Shown here piece after piece: positions 61,682 to 64,000 of a DNA stretch of 64,000 nt. Source of the stretch: Spirochaetia bacterium. GTDB lineage: Bacteria > Spirochaetota > Spirochaetia > SZUA-6 > Bin103. Numbering within the stretch: the stretch's first letter is position 1; every line of letters begins with the position of its first letter. The stretch is from the NCBI GenBank assembly GCA_965203055.1, contig OZ241863.1:2240001-2304000 (forward strand), written 5' to 3'. Both the position numbers and the translations under genes were made by a program. The notes below the pieces were generated by a model. It saw nothing but the letters and a program-made list of their open reading frames with translations, was not told the origin of the DNA and did no database searches.

Positions 61682-62685
61682 TCGCCGGCCGGCGGGGCCG
61701 CCGCCCAGGAGCGCGCCAGGCGCCGCAGCCCCTCGGCGATCGACACCGGCGGCGCATAGCCGAGATCGCGGCGCGCGGCGCTGATGTCGAACCAGTGCGA
61801 CGAGGAGATCTCCCGCACCAGGAAGCGGGTCAACGGCGGGGCCGCGGCGGGCCGCAGCAGGCGGCCCGCCCCCTCCGCCAGACCGGCCGCGGCCAGCGCC
61901 AGCCAGCGCGGCACGCGGCGCCGCACCGGCGGCGCGCCGGCCAGTCGCAGCAGCCGGCCCACGAACTGCCACAGGTCCACCGGCTCGCCCTGGGAGATGA
62001 AGTAGGCGCGGCCCGCGGGGCGCGCGCCCGGCGCGAGCCGCTCCACCGCCAGCGCGTGCGCTTCCGCGGCGCTGTCGATGTAGGTCACGTCGATGCGAAA
62101 CGGACCGCGCCCGATCCGCACCAGGCGCCCGCGCCGGGCGCGGGCGATCAGCGCCGGCACCAAGTGGCGGTCGCCGGGGCCCCAGATCAGGTGCGGGCGC
62201 AGCGCCGCGGCGGCCAGCGCGCCGTCGTTGGCCGCCAGCACCGCCTGCTCCGCCAGGGCCTTGGTCCGCGCATAGGGCGAGTCGTAGTGGTCGGGATAGG
62301 GTATCGACTCATCGACGCCGCGCAGGTCGCGGCCGGCGAACACCACGCTCGGCGAGCTGGCGAACACCAGCCGCTCCACCCGGTGGGCGCGGCAGCCGGC
62401 GATTACCGCCTCGGTGCCGGCCACGTTTACCTCGTGGAAGCGGCGCGCGGTGCCCGGAGTGCCGGGTACCAGCGCCGCGGCGTGCACTACCGCCCGGCAG
62501 CCGGCGCAGGCCGCGGCGGTGGCGCGCGGGTCCGCCAGGTCGCCGCGCACCTGCTCCACGCCGCAGGCCGCCAGCGCCGGGTAGCTGCCCCGCGCGTAGC
62601 TGCGCACCTGATGGCCGCGGCGCAGCAGCCGCTCCACCACGGCGCGTCCCAGGAAGCCGCCGCCGCCGGTCACCAGCACCTTCAC
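61678..62685 (-). CDS. OleD-like extended SDR (2-alkyl-3-oxoalkanoate reductase-like)
   Basis: VLVTGGGGFLG...RGSYPAL...GVEQVRGDLAD, SSPSVV, YARTK, LRPHLIWGPGD, AYFISQGEP. Confidence 0.82.
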   Translation of the reverse strand: MKVLVTGGGGFLGRAVVERLLRRGHQVRSYARGSYPALAACGVEQVRGDLADPRATAAACAGCRAVVHAAALVPGTPGTARRFHEVNVAGTEAVIAGCRAHRVERLVFASSPSVVFAGRDLRGVDESIPYPDHYDSPYARTKALAEQAVLAANDGALAAAALRPHLIWGPGDRHLVPALIARARRGRLVRIGRGPFRIDVTYIDSAAEAHALAVERLAPGARPAGRAYFISQGEPVDLWQFVGRLLRLAGAPPVRRRVPRWLALAAAGLAEGAGRLLRPAAAPPLTRFLVREISSSHWFDISAARRDLGYAPPVSIAEGLRRLARSWAAAPPAGD

Positions 62686-62693
62686 GGCGCGGC

Positions 62694-63188
62694 CTAGGCG
62701 GGGTCGGAGCGCGCCGGCGCCGGTCCCGCCGGCCCCCCGCTCGTCGGCCCCCCGCGGCCGGCCAACTTGCGCCACGTGGCGTACAGGAACCAGCAGATGA
62801 GGAGGTTGGCCGGCAGCGTGACGAGCAGCGCAGCGGTGCCGAACGGCGTGATGCTCTCGGCGAAGACCAGATAGGTCCAGTCGGCGAACAGCTCGCTGAG
62901 GCGGATGCCGGTCACCAGCAGCAGCCAATGCGCGGCGCGGCGCCAGCGCGGCAGGGCCAGAATCTGCACCGCGGCGAACGCGGCCCAGATGGCGCCGGTG
63001 CGGCGCAGCAGCCCCTGCGGGTCGACGTAGGCGGCGTCGTGCAGGAGGCGGTACCAGATCTGCGGCAGCAGGAACGCCCCCACCGCGACCAGCAGGTCGA
63101 ACGCCACCAGCGCGATCAGGATCACGTCCACCAGCCGCCCGCGCGCGGCGCCGATCCGGGCATTACTCACGTAGGTCGATGACAACAT
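62694..63188 (-). CDS. Small 4-TM hypothetical membrane protein
   Basis: Four hydrophobic segments; ends 8 nt before the oleD-like start; start uncertain (63188 or 63170). Confidence 0.7.
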   Translation of the reverse strand: MLSSTYVSNARIGAARGRLVDVILIALVAFDLLVAVGAFLLPQIWYRLLHDAAYVDPQGLLRRTGAIWAAFAAVQILALPRWRRAAHWLLLVTGIRLSELFADWTYLVFAESITPFGTAALLVTLPANLLICWFLYATWRKLAGRGGPTSGGPAGPAPARSDPA

Positions 63189-63249
63189 GGGCGTGCGCCT
63201 GAGTATAGCGAGAGACGGGCGCGCGCCGCCGGTGTAGAGTGGCGGCGTC

Positions 63250-64000
63250 ATGTTCGCCTGGGTATTGCACGGGCGGCGCGACCTGCGCCGCGAGCGGCGG
63301 CCCGATCCGGCGCCGGCCGCCCACGAAGTGGTACTGCGCGTCGAGCGGGTCGGGATCTGCGGCAGCGACGTCCACTACTACCGCGACGGCCGGGTGGGGG
63401 CGTTCGTGCCGTCCGGCCCGTTCGTGCTCGGCCACGAAGTCGCCGGCGAGGTGGTGGCGGCCGGGAGCGCGGTGGAGCGGCTGCGGGCCGGCGACCGGGT
63501 GGCGGTCGATCCCTCGCAGGCGTGTCTGCGCTGCTCCTGGTGCCGGAGCGGGCGCAGCAACCTGTGCCCGGAGATGCGCTACTTCGGCAGCGCGGCCAGC
63601 GATCCGCCGACCGACGGCGCGCTGTGCGAACTGAAGGCGGTGCCGGCCGCCAACTGCCATCGGCTCGGCGACGGCCTGAGCTACGCCTGCGGCGCGCTGC
63701 TGGAACCGCTGGCGGTGGCGTGCCACGCCGTGCTGCGCGCCGGCAGCCTGGCCGGGCGCCGGGTCGCGGTCAGCGGCGGCGGGACCATCGGCCAGCTCGT
63801 GGCCGCGGTTGCGCGCGCCCTCGGCGCCGGCCACGTGACGCTGGCCGACCCGCGCCCCGCGGCGCGCGCCGCGGCCGCGCAGCGCGCCGACGAGGTACTC
63901 GATCCCGCCGCCGGCGAGGCGCCGGCGGGCGGCCCTGCGCAGGTGACCTTCGAAGCGGCCGGAGCCGCGGACTCGCTGCGCTGGGCGCTGGCGCATACCG
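63250..64000 (+). CDS. Zn-dependent polyol/sugar-acid dehydrogenase (3' partial)
   Basis: Own translation from ATG 63250: GICGSDVHYY, VLGHE, CLRCSWC...NLC, LEPLAV, GGGTIG; runs off the window. Confidence 0.9.
   Translation, partial: MFAWVLHGRRDLRRERRPDPAPAAHEVVLRVERVGICGSDVHYYRDGRVGAFVPSGPFVLGHEVAGEVVAAGSAVERLRAGDRVAVDPSQACLRCSWCRSGRSNLCPEMRYFGSAASDPPTDGALCELKAVPAANCHRLGDGLSYACGALLEPLAVACHAVLRAGSLAGRRVAVSGGGTIGQLVAAVARALGAGHVTLADPRPAARAAAAQRADEVLDPAAGEAPAGGPAQVTFEAAGAADSLRWALAHT

Noticed and set aside
56437..62685. Canonical oleABCD olefin cluster
   Set aside because: No OleB or OleC recognisable in the window, and the OleA-like gene is a didomain fusion

Overview
Very high-GC bacterial chromosomal window with about 55 genes. 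No rRNA, tRNA or CRISPR array was seen. The AGG-EEQ-type N-termini of the solute-binding proteins and the accessory gene content suggest a spirochaete-like, possibly host-associated organism (inference only). Main contents: (i) two family-5 ABC importer operons with catabolic genes; (ii) hisG/hisI, an IlvD-family dehydratase, a glycerate kinase and two MFS transporters; (iii) accessory islets: an orphan type I R-M specificity subunit, a duplicated small EGR-repeat ORF, a SAM methyltransferase with an in-frame G15 tract, AAA/DUF4143 ATPases, an orphan HigA, a decayed HNH-AAA-NACHT islet cut by an ISL3 element, and an RNA ligase next to HipBA and Fic; (iv) the most unusual region, about 51.5-63.2 kb, a candidate lipid/glycolipid biosynthetic cluster. 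It holds an MMPL exporter, a GT1 glycosyltransferase, an extended SDR, a fused active plus degenerate OleA/FabH-like didomain condensing enzyme, a LuxE/LuxC-like acyl reductase pair without luxABD, an OleD-like reductase and a small membrane protein, with no oleB/oleC. All family calls come from reading motifs by eye, not from database searches.
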